Shown here: positions 13,125 through 22,895 of the stretch, one piece after another
Numbering within the stretch: the first letter of the stretch is position 1
Layout: each line of letters opens with the position of its first letter
Assembly (NCBI GenBank): GCA_043228905.1
Contig: JBHGNT010000107.1
Location: 1-64,000, forward strand
Reading direction: 5' to 3'
Length of the DNA stretch: 64,000 nucleotides
Source of the DNA: Azolla caroliniana
Lineage: Eukaryota; Plantae; Polypodiophyta
Position numbers and translations under genes: made by a program
Notes under the pieces: model-generated
Told to the model about the DNA's origin: nothing
Database searches by the model: none
The model's input: only the letters and a program-made list of their open reading frames with translations

Positions 13125-15953
13125 TTGCCTAGGGAGGAGGAAAGATTTAGAAGGATGATCAAAAGCCAAGGAAGGGCTTTCGCCTTCTCGTCTGGTGAGA
13201 TAGGGTACGTAAACCCTAAGATCATCGAGGCAATGGTGATCTCTACGGTACCGCATGTACCGTGGAACATCAAACTAATCCCGGTTCTGAGAGCTCACAT
13301 CCCGAAGTTCATTGACCTATTGAAGGAAAAGATTGAGACGGGTATGCTCAAGCCATCAAGCAACCCATTCTCAAATCGGTGGTTCACTATGCCAAAGAAG
13401 AACGACACCTTACCCTTCATCCAAGACCTACAACCTGTTAATCAAGTGACAATTCGAAATGCAGGGGTCGGGCCGAGCGTTAACGAATTCACCAAGGCCT
13501 CCGCTGGAAGGTCTATTTATTCAATCGGTGATCTATACTCGGCGTAAGATAAATTCCAACTAGTTGTGGAGAGTAGGGACATCACGACGATGCGGACCCC
13601 TATCGGCCTAGTGCGAATGTGTACCTTGCCACAAGGAGGCACTAACTTTGTAGCCCACATGGTAAATGCAATGAACAAGGTTTAGAGTTTAGGGTATTGT
13701 GTCCGTAGTGAAGGCGGATAAAGATTACCTAATCGGGTCAAAGGTGGTAATAGAGACGGATTGCCTTCCAATCCTAGGGATGGTTTTGGGATGTGCAACA
13801 CTTGACTTAGCTATGCTAAGATGGATTGCTTACATCAAATCAATGAACCTGGAGATTCACCATATTTCAGGGAAGAACAATGGCATGGCAGATATGCTAT
13901 CAAGGGCAAGATTCGAGGGCAAAAGTGACATGTTGTCTGAAAATGAGGATGTCACTCTTGACTTCTATAAGTCGGCCCAAGCGTCTATAGATGATTGAGA
14001 TGTGCAAGTACTCCACGCCTTCAACAAAAGTGAATACGAAGGGGAGTGGCTACACATTCGCAAGTTCTTAAGCTCAATGACAGTGGATAGTTCATGGTCG
14101 AAGGAGGAAGCACAAAGAGTCCGAAAGAAAGCGTACAAGTACTTCCTACAAGGGGGATTCCTCTGGAGGCACCCGAAGAGAAGCAGAGGGACGCCAAAAC
14201 GAGTGGTCATAAAGGAAGAGGACCAAACAACATTGGTGTCTGAGTTCCACGAGAGTCCTTGGGTGGGCCATAGAGGAACATGGGCAACATTCGAGAAGTT
14301 AAAGGAGAAGTATTGGTGGTCGGGAATGTACAAGGATATCGCCCATTTCGTGGGGACGTGTGAAAGCTGCCAAATACACTCAAACATACGCCATAGGGAC
14401 GAGTTGCACCCGACCTACCCACTCACCATACACTTCAAATGGATGGTGGATTTGGTTTCGATGCCGATGGGAGTGGGCCAAATGAAATATTTGGTGCTAG
14501 CAAGAGAAGACCTAACAAACCAGGTAGAAGGGTGAGCCTTAGCAGACAAAACGACGACGGAGGTGTGTAAATTCTTACTCGAGGATGTCATCTACTGGTA
14601 CGGATGTGTGGGAAGGATAGTGGCCAACAAAGGAGAGTTGAACGCTCACGAAGCTTCAGAGCTCTTTGAACGACTTGAAGTGAAGCTCTCTCTCACAACC
14701 GCTTATAACCCGGAGGCTAATGGAAAGATAAAACACAGACACAAGTCTATCGTAAAAGCCATTGTAAGAGCTTGTGATGGGCGAGTCAGGAACTAGCCTC
14801 GGTTACTACCTTATGCATTGTAGGCCGACAAAACAACTCACAACTCAGTTACAGGTTTCATGGCAGCTGAACTCATGTACAGACAAAAGCGAGTGATGCC
14901 CATTGAAGACACAATCGCGTCATGGGATGCTGTGGGAAAACGAGATGAGTTGAGACGAGCTTCTAGCAACAAGGATAAGGCAACTTGAGAGAAGATCTGA
15001 AGACTTGGAGTTGGCAAAGGAGAGGTTAGAAGTGGCTAGGCTAAGTAACAATGCCCTGTTCGACAAGACACACCGACTATGTCCTCGGAAGATTGAAGAA
15101 GGAGACTGGGTGATTGTGTATGATAGCAGTCTCAACAACCAACATAGCTTAATGCGGAAATTCTCAAAGCAATGGTTCGGTTTGTACGTGGTAACGAGTG
15201 CAAACAATAATCCCACCTACCACCTCATTGAACTCAATGGGACTAAGCTGGTAGTACCAATTGCAGGGAAGTGGGTCAAAATCTTCAAAAAGCGACACAA
15301 AAAGGAGCCAAACCTCGATGACCTTGACGAAGATAAAGGAGACCAAACAAGAAGCCATGGGGTAAATGAGGAGGACAAAATGAACTATTGACCACCCTCA
15401 GCCCACCATTCTTGGTACATACCGGAGGATGTGTGGTTTGGTAGGGGTGGATGTCGTGATGTGGCGTGCTCGAGAGTGGGAAAAACCGGCGAAAGGGGGT
15501 GTCAAAATGTGCATGTGCAATGTGTGTGCACATGCAAAGAAAAGGGAAAAGAAAGGGTGGAAAGGAGGTATAGAAGCTCGTGTAAAAAGTAAGAGAGAGG
15601 AGAGATAAAAAGTAGAGGGGAGACAGGCTATGAATTTGTAGATATAGAATTATATATTATATAAGAGAGAGTTAATGGACTACTGGAGAGTCACATTGAC
15701 TTCTAGCTAGAGGTGCACGGTTCAAGTCTGGTCTTACAATGCAGCGCGATTAAAGGAATTTTATTCCTTTTGCATTGAAGAAAAAATTGGCACCCCCCCT
15801 TCTTCTTTTTCCTATAAAAGGAGGTTGGAGGGGGCTCATATGGGAGGACGTTTTGGGAGGAGACTATCGCCATTTTTCCGTCGAAGCTCTTCATCTTCTT
15901 CTTCACCATTTCTCTTAATCTCATACCCCTTCATCCCCTCATCGCCACATGCT

Positions 15954-16480
15954 CATGCACCTCTCCTCCTCATAAAGGCGTACGAGCATTTTGTGCATGT
16001 GTTTATGTCTTCCTTGTACGTTAAGTCGTCTTGTGACGAGGGAGCGTGTCGGGCGTTCCCATGCACCTCTCCTCCTCATAAAGGGGTACGAGCATTTGTG
16101 CGTGTGTTTGTGTCTTCCTTGTACGTTTGGTCATCTTGTGACGAGGGAGAGTTCAAGCTTGCCCATGCACCTCTCCTCCTCATAAAGGCGTATGAGCATT
16201 TTTGCGTGTGTTTTGTGTCTTCCTTGTACGTTTGGCCGTCTTGTGACGAGGGAGCGTTTCGGGCGTGCCCATGCACCTCTCCTCCTCATAAAGACGTATG
16301 AGCATTTGTGCGTGTGTTTGTGTCTTCCTTGTATGTTCGGTCGTCTTGTGACGAGGGAGCATTCGGGCTTGCCCATGCACCTCTCCTCCTCATAAAGGCG
16401 TATGAGCATTTGTGCGTGTGTTTTATGTCTTCCTTGTACGTTTTATGAGCACCTCTCCACCTGATAAAGTCGTACGGGCA
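15954..16480 (+). repeat. ~105-bp tandem repeat (~5 units) in the 3' LTR of element D
   Basis: CATGCACCTCTCCTCCTCATAAAG recurs at ~15954, 16060, 16164, 16270 and 16374. Confidence 0.9.
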
Positions 16481-16749
16481 TTCGTGTTTGTGTTATCATG
16501 CCCTTGTGCACTCCTCTTGCGTGCTCATCTATGCTTGTACCCATTTGATCACTTGGCTCGTGTGGTGATCTCGAAAACTCGACGTGTCGTGATCAACGAA
16601 AACCACCAGCCCCACGAAAGGGGCAACGAGCCCTTGCTCGGGAAGGGGTTGGGAAGTAGTATTGTCGTAAAGCAAACCTTGGGTCTTCTCTATCCCTTCG
16701 TACTCCCTAGTCCAAGACCCCCATGGTCCCGCCCAGGTAACACACACTT

Positions 16750-17370
16750 GTGAAACTTTGCGAGAACGTTCATGAGTTTCCCTTTCTGCCCGACGTGGCT
16801 AAGGGGAACTTCACTGACATGTTTGATGGTATGCGGAGTGTTGTCTCCAGTTTCAACCACTCCCTATTTTTCCGGTTTCTCCTAGTACGAGAATTATTCC
16901 TTGTGACTCGTCAGATGATTTGATGCTCCGGAGGCAACATACCACACCTCATTCAATTTCGAGGTGTTCACCGCCATCAAATTGGTTTTGTGCTTCATTA
17001 CAAACGGTGGGCCCGATGCATTTTCAGATCGTTCGGAGCCCTCAACGTAGTGCGATCACTGTCGATTTCCTTGTTTGGTCCATTCGGAACCAGTTGCATC
17101 ATTAGCTCCATCGACATAACTCCAGTAGCCATGCCCGAGCAGGTATTGGTGCATCTTGTACGACCAAGATGCGTAGTTACTTCTGTCGAGCTTCTCCGTT
17201 GGAAGCGAGCTAGCCATTCCTTTGTCAATTCTTTCCGTCTTCTATTCTTCACCGTGATTAGGGTTTGTCTGTTTGTCGGTAGTAGAGGATCTCAACCCTC
17301 GTGCTCTAATACCATGTAAAAGAATACGTGCGGAAGCTTAACAGACACAACTGGGTAACAACAGACAAAA
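16750..17370 (-). mobile_element. Copia fragment (family C-like): LTR end, PBS and internally deleted gag-protease
   Basis: PBS TGGTATTAGAGC at 17303-17314 next to the LTR end at 17315. Translation EKLDRSNYASWSYKMHQYLLGHGYWSYV ... VWYVASGASNHLTSH. Confidence 0.8.
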
Positions 17371-17399
17371 GACTAATGGCCGACAAAGACTTAAGAGCC

Positions 17400-17849
17400 A
17401 GATAAAGTCCAGAATGGGAAAGGGATAATTAATCTAGAATTATAATTTTGAGAAGCGAACGGACGGACCCTGAATCGGTAAGCCGATCCAGATCCGGACC
17501 GGTTCGTAGCCGGTTTCTGGTTGGCACTGGTTTGTACCCACAGCCGGTGACCTATAAAAGGACCCGGTCAGTTTGTAATTAATTAGCGGTTTATTAATGC
17601 AAGTGTTGTTCTGCTATACCTTGTTTGATCTTTAAAGCCTTACGTTAATTATCATTATGTGCTTAATCTAATCTATCTTATGCATGTATTATGCTCAATA
17701 ACCATACCGGTTAACATCGGTGAGGAATACGTTTGCATTACGGTCTGCGCCTACCCTACTAGCACCACCCTTTGGTGAAGTGTCCTAGAGGGACACCCTG
17801 TGTTAGGGCTAGTCCGGCCCCAAGGAGTAACACAGTTTTTGGCGACCAC
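17400..17849 (+). repeat. LTR (family B) with start of PBS
   Basis: Ends ...GAGTAACA at 17832, followed by CAGTTTT-TGGCGACCAC, as at 40061-40079. Homologous to 30595-30990. Confidence 0.85.
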
Positions 17850-20181
17850 TTCACCAAAGGGTGGTGCAAGTAGGGTAGGCGTAGATTGTAATGCAAACGT
17901 ATTCCTCGCCGGATGTTAACCGGTATGGTTATTGAGCATAATACACGCGTAAGATAGATTAGATTAAGCACAGAACGATAATTAACTTAAGGCTTTAAAG
18001 ATCAAACAAGGTATAGCAGAACAACAATGGCAACCATATGACGAGCTAATTCATTACAAACAGACCGGGTCCGTTTATAGGTCATCGGCTTTGGGTACAA
18101 ACCGGTGCCAACCGGCAACCAGCTACGAACCGGTCCGGATCCGGATAGGCATACCGATTCCGGGTCTGTCTGTTCGCTTCTCAAAATAATAATTCTAGAT
18201 TAATTATCCCTTTCCCATTCTGGACTTTATCCAACTGTTAAGTCTTGGCCTACCAACACATGCCACGCCCGTGGGACAGTACCTTGTACGTCGAATCCCA
18301 CGGTTCACCCTTTACTCTTCTTCCAAAATGTCCAGAATGCTTTGGTCCAGGGGTTCTAATGGCTCCTCGGGTAGCTACTCTATTGTCAGTTGCTGCTCTT
18401 GCTCCCGCTCCTGCTACTATTGCTGCTCCTCTGGTTTCTCCGGTTGCACTGGTCCCTTCGGTTCCAATAGTTTCTCTGGTTCCACTGGTCCCGAGGCTTC
18501 CAGTTCTAGTTCTATTGGTTTGGGCTCCTCCTGCTACTAGTTTCCAGTGCGTTGGTTTCCATCCTTCGGTTGCTCCTTCGGAGTTATGTTCGGTTGGCTT
18601 CCCCTAGTTCCGGCTTCATTCGGCGCCTACTCCGAAGACTGCTCTTCATCACTGATATTAATTGTCGCAGTTCTTCGGACCACTTCTTGCCGTCGCCGTT
18701 CTCGTTCATACCGCTCGAGTTGGAGTTGTGTATCCAGTTGGTCATCGTCCACCTGTTCCACCAATCGCCTCACCTCCGTCAATTGGTCCTCGGTTAATGA
18801 TAGGAAGTCGTCAGACAATTCCTCCCTTATGGCTACAATGTTTTCTTCGTCTAGTTTATAGAAATCGGCGTCGTCCTTCCGCCCGTTCTCCGCATCCGCT
18901 CTCAACACTTGTAACTCCGCTGCCTGGTTAGCCCATTGAAACCACCATTGAACCGAACTTTCTTCCACCAATCGCTTCATTCGGTCTCTCCATGTCTGCA
19001 CCAGATCACGGATTCGCCCCAGCCCCATCTTCGACTTGTTCTCTACAACCTGTTTTTTGTCCTTCAATTGTTTGATCACGCTAGCGGTTGCCGCTTCTTG
19101 GCTTTTGTAGTGCATGAGTTGGGTCTGATAGGTCGTCTGAACTTTGTTCAGAGCCATTGTAGCCCGCTCTGTTGCCTCCGAGTACTGCCGAGTCAGCTCT
19201 ACCCGTTCTTTCGCTGCTTCCACCAGTCATTTTGCTACTTCAGCCCCCTTCGACTATTCCTCTACCAAGGCTGCCACGGTCCGGTTAACCTCATATCGAA
19301 GTTCCCGTAACTTCTCCTGCTACCGGTCACTCTCGGTGATCAATTTCTTGTGTTCCGTATCCAAGTGTTTGTGATCCTAGTGCAGCTGATCAAAGTCATT
19401 CGTTTTTTGTTTCAGCCTTTGGTTGATTGACGGCGAGCACGGTCTTCCCGGTCCTTTTGTTGTCGGAGCTCTTCCTTGAATTGCTCGATCTCCACTTCCG
19501 TTGAGCGCTGGAGTTTGTCCTTTTCCTGCAGGAGTTTTTTTTTTTCTTCCTTCAACCGGTCATATGCTTGATGACCTTTACGCAGGCTAATTTCCGTTGT
19601 TCTTCCTCAGTCACCTTCTTCCCTTCACATTCGCGTGCCCTTAAGGCCTTTTGGGCTTCCAATTCTTCTTTCAGCGTGGCGAGTTCTTGTTCCTAGGCCT
19701 TATTCTTACCCGGGACTGTTTCAGTCACCGAGGTCTTATTATTTTGTACACTTACTGGTGCCATTGGTTCTAGTTGTTGTGGTCCTTCGATGACCAGCTT
19801 CACCATTTCTTGTTCCATGCTCCAGATTCTCGATCGAGCCTGCTCCAGTTCTTCGGTTGTGGCGAGCAACCGGTCCACATGTGCTCTCTCTTCCACTTCT
19901 ATTTGGAACACCACTCGAGCCACTTGTTCTCCTATCCACCATAGCCATTGGCTGTCAGTGCCTTGTTGTCGTGCCGGTTCTGGTCATGGGGTGGCTTCTG
20001 CACTTGTTGAGAACCTCTTCTGGGTGGTCAGCGACAGTTCGGGTTCTTGTTGTTGTTGCTGCATCGGCGACACCGGAAATTCAATCACCGGTCTTTGCAC
20101 ATCCGGTTCCACTACTTCTTGTCACACAGGTGTTGCTAACACCGGTGTCGTGCCTTTCGGCGCCGAAAGGCACGACACATT

Positions 20182-20199
20182 TGGTGAACCCGACGTGAA
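20182..20199 (+). promoter_or_regulatory. PBS complementary to tRNA-Trp
   Basis: TGGTGAACCCGACGTGAA is the reverse complement of TTCACGTCGGGTTCACCA, the 3' end of plant tRNA-Trp as recalled (not database-checked). Confidence 0.75.
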
Positions 20200-21459
20200 G
20201 ACGGGTGGCAAGGGGATGGAGAATCAACAAGAGGCGATGAACATGATGATGATGTTGGTTGAGCGGATGAAACAAGAACAACGCACGATGACGGAGATGA
20301 AGGCGGCAGTAGAGCGGCTTGTGCGACGAAATGGGGAATTCAACGGAAATGATGTGTCACGCTATCTACGTGACTACAAAGGGGAGATGATGCGATGTGG
20401 GATACCGGAAGGATTGCAAGTGATATCCTTTAGTCGGGTAGCCACGGATGAATTACAAGAAAGAATCTACAAGATACGGCAACAAAATCCAACATGGGGG
20501 TCCTTTGAAGAAGCTTTACGAGAGGCATATGACTATGAGAGATCGAAGGGACGAGATCGACGCGAGTTTCACGAATGGGTGGCATCGGAGAAGACCCACC
20601 GAAGTGCAACACAAGCATTCCTAGAGTTCGAGCATCGTCTTGCTCGACTCTCGGAGCGGGAACAACGATTGGTGGGGGAGGATAAAGTCCTAATGTTCGT
20701 AAAATCGATCGATCGAAAAGAAAGGATGGACATCGGGATCGAACTCAAAGACGATGACGGTACGAATGGTCTTACTGAAGATTGGGCCGAAGTCCAAAGG
20801 GTATGCCGGAGACATGATGAGAGGAAGATGAGAATCTTGTCAACGACATGGCCGATGAAGGATGGTCAATTGAAGACAAATGATTGAGCCGATATGAAGG
20901 CCGAAATACAACATGATGGTGCGACGGAAGATGGTGTAAAACAAGCTACCCTCTTGTCTTGCGAAAGAACAATGACGAAGGATAAGGCCGATAACCCAAG
21001 TGTAGAAGAAAATTTCAGAATACAAGTGTCCGAAACATCGGGTGAAAAAGGAGTAAGCATAATTGATGCAGTGAAAGAGAGCAAGGAGGACTTGATTGAG
21101 GAGGTCACCACGAAAGATGACATCGAATCGAAGGTGGCTATGGACGAATCAACGACGGATGGCCATATCTGTCATAACTAGACTCGAACCCATAACCTTT
21201 TGTTACACGGGTCGAGACTTTACCATTAGGTTATGAGTTGTAATTTGAAGGATATTATTTTCATTTAGGTTTTATTAGGAAATTGATGTATATTCCAGAT
21301 TTCTCTGGAACATTCTAGAAACTTCAGGAGTATTCCTGAAGACACTATAAAAGGAGGCGCAAGGCATTAGTTCGAACCAAATCGGTTCAACGCCAGTCTT
21401 AAGCCTTCTAACTACTGTTGTATATCTTCCGTCATATAATACATATATCTTTCGCATCA

Positions 21460-21499
<40 letters not shown>

Positions 21500-21725
21500 A
21501 CTCACTCATTCCTTCTCTCAAAGTTCGACACCTCTCATAGTACTAATCCTTCTTTGTCTTAGTACTATTCCCCAACAATAGTACTAATCCTTCTTTTAGT
21601 ACTAATTCCTTCTCTGCCTTAATAGAGTTCCTGACAGTTTGAACCGATTTTTCCCTACTAGTCTCCCTCTTCCTTCTGTCTCTCTCCTTTCCTACTAGTC
21701 TCTTATTTCCCTTTTCCTTCATCCC

Positions 21726-22895
21726 ATGGCCACCGTTAGCGCTGAAGAGTATCAATCCGTTTTCTCGGAATTTCAGTGCTTGAAAGAGAAGTTTCATGCT
21801 TTGGAACAAGAAAATCAACGCTTGTTGGGGGATCTTCAGCAAATTTCCTTAGAAAAGCAGCAAACGCAACAACAGCATGGGGAACTTGCGTTACGCGTGC
21901 AACAACTCGAAGCAACCATCGTAGCAATGCAACAACAAGGGCACGGAGCACAAGGGATTCATAAAGAACCCAAGATTGGCCTTCCCACGAAGTTCGATGG
22001 AACGCGATCGCAGTTTAGAGGGTTTCTTAACCAGGTACGGTTAGTTATTCAAATGCATCCGTCCCGATATCCCACCGATGCATCACGAGTGGGTTTAGTA
22101 GGCACGTTGTTAAATGGCTCAGCATTAGCATGGTTCGCTCCGCTACTAGAAAAGGAATCTCCAGTACTAAATAATTTTGAAGAATTCATAAGTGAGTTTA
22201 AAGCATGTTTTGGAGATACTGACAGCATAAGGACTGCAATCAACAAAATCCGGCGATTACGCCAAGGTGACCGTCCAGCCTCCGCATATGCTGCAGATTT
22301 CCGCCTACTCGCCGCCGATATCCCCTGGGATGATCAAGCATTGATGGAGCAGTTCCGCTATGGTCTACGCAACGATGTCAAGGATTTACTCTTGACTTTC
22401 CCTGAAGAGCCAAAATCATTAACAGAAGCAATCAGTCGAGCGGTCAGATGTGACAACCGCCTCTTCGAGCGACGTTCGGAACGACAATTTCAGATGCCGA
22501 GGGCAAGATCCGAGCCTACCTATGCCTCAATGGTAGCGAAACCTTTTCAAAGGGAGTCACATAATGCGCCTCCAGTAAGTACTCCAACTCCAATGGAAAT
22601 TGACACTACACGTCGTCGTGGGCCGCTATCGGAGGAGGAAAAGCAACGACGCCGAACAAACCGATTATGCCTTTATTGCGGTGGACCAGGGCATATCGCG
22701 ATAAACTGTCCCCATAGACCAAGAAGGCAGGTAAACCAAGTCATTGTTAGTTCTGACTATACTAAACCCGAGTCTATGTCAGTAGGAATCTCTGATAATC
22801 CTCATAGTCATAATAGTCCTAATAGTACTAATAGTCCGAATCTCGCAAACAAATTTGATGTCCTTAGCCAATTAGAAGAAGAGTTAAACGACTAA
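21726..22895 (+). CDS. gag: Gag (coiled-coil N-terminus, capsid, CCHC knuckle)
   Basis: 389-aa ORF with PTKFDGTRSQFRGF, LRQGDRPASAYAADF and CLYCGGPGHIAINC. Confidence 0.95.
   Translation: MATVSAEEYQSVFSEFQCLKEKFHALEQENQRLLGDLQQISLEKQQTQQQHGELALRVQQLEATIVAMQQQGHGAQGIHKEPKIGLPTKFDGTRSQFRGFLNQVRLVIQMHPSRYPTDASRVGLVGTLLNGSALAWFAPLLEKESPVLNNFEEFISEFKACFGDTDSIRTAINKIRRLRQGDRPASAYAADFRLLAADIPWDDQALMEQFRYGLRNDVKDLLLTFPEEPKSLTEAISRAVRCDNRLFERRSERQFQMPRARSEPTYASMVAKPFQRESHNAPPVSTPTPMEIDTTRRRGPLSEEEKQRRRTNRLCLYCGGPGHIAINCPHRPRRQVNQVIVSSDYTKPESMSVGISDNPHSHNSPNSTNSPNLANKFDVLSQLEEELND

Larger units (their letters stand above)
8620..16740 (+). mobile_element. Degenerate, 5'-truncated divergent Ty3/Gypsy element D (gag, PR, partial RT/RH, INT, 3' LTR) with three nested insertions
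   Basis: Gag CMWCDNPDHLRREC. Protease VALIDHG(F)EINLL at ~11520. RT WFTMPKKND..IQDLQPVN..LPQG, then a jump at ~13685 into RNase H (VVIETDCLPI). INT FHESPWVGH..CESC and YNPEANG. PPT ~15441-15451, LTR from TGTCGT at 15452. Confidence 0.85.

Noticed and set aside
12584-13129. TSDs for the insertions at 12589, 10035 and 31645
   Set aside because: The flanks do not match (for example TCTGG versus TTGCC), so those boundaries remain tentative.
19790-20887. 365-aa ORF as one gene
   Set aside because: It crosses an insertion boundary. Only the part from ~20216 is gag-like; the rest is antisense to element B.
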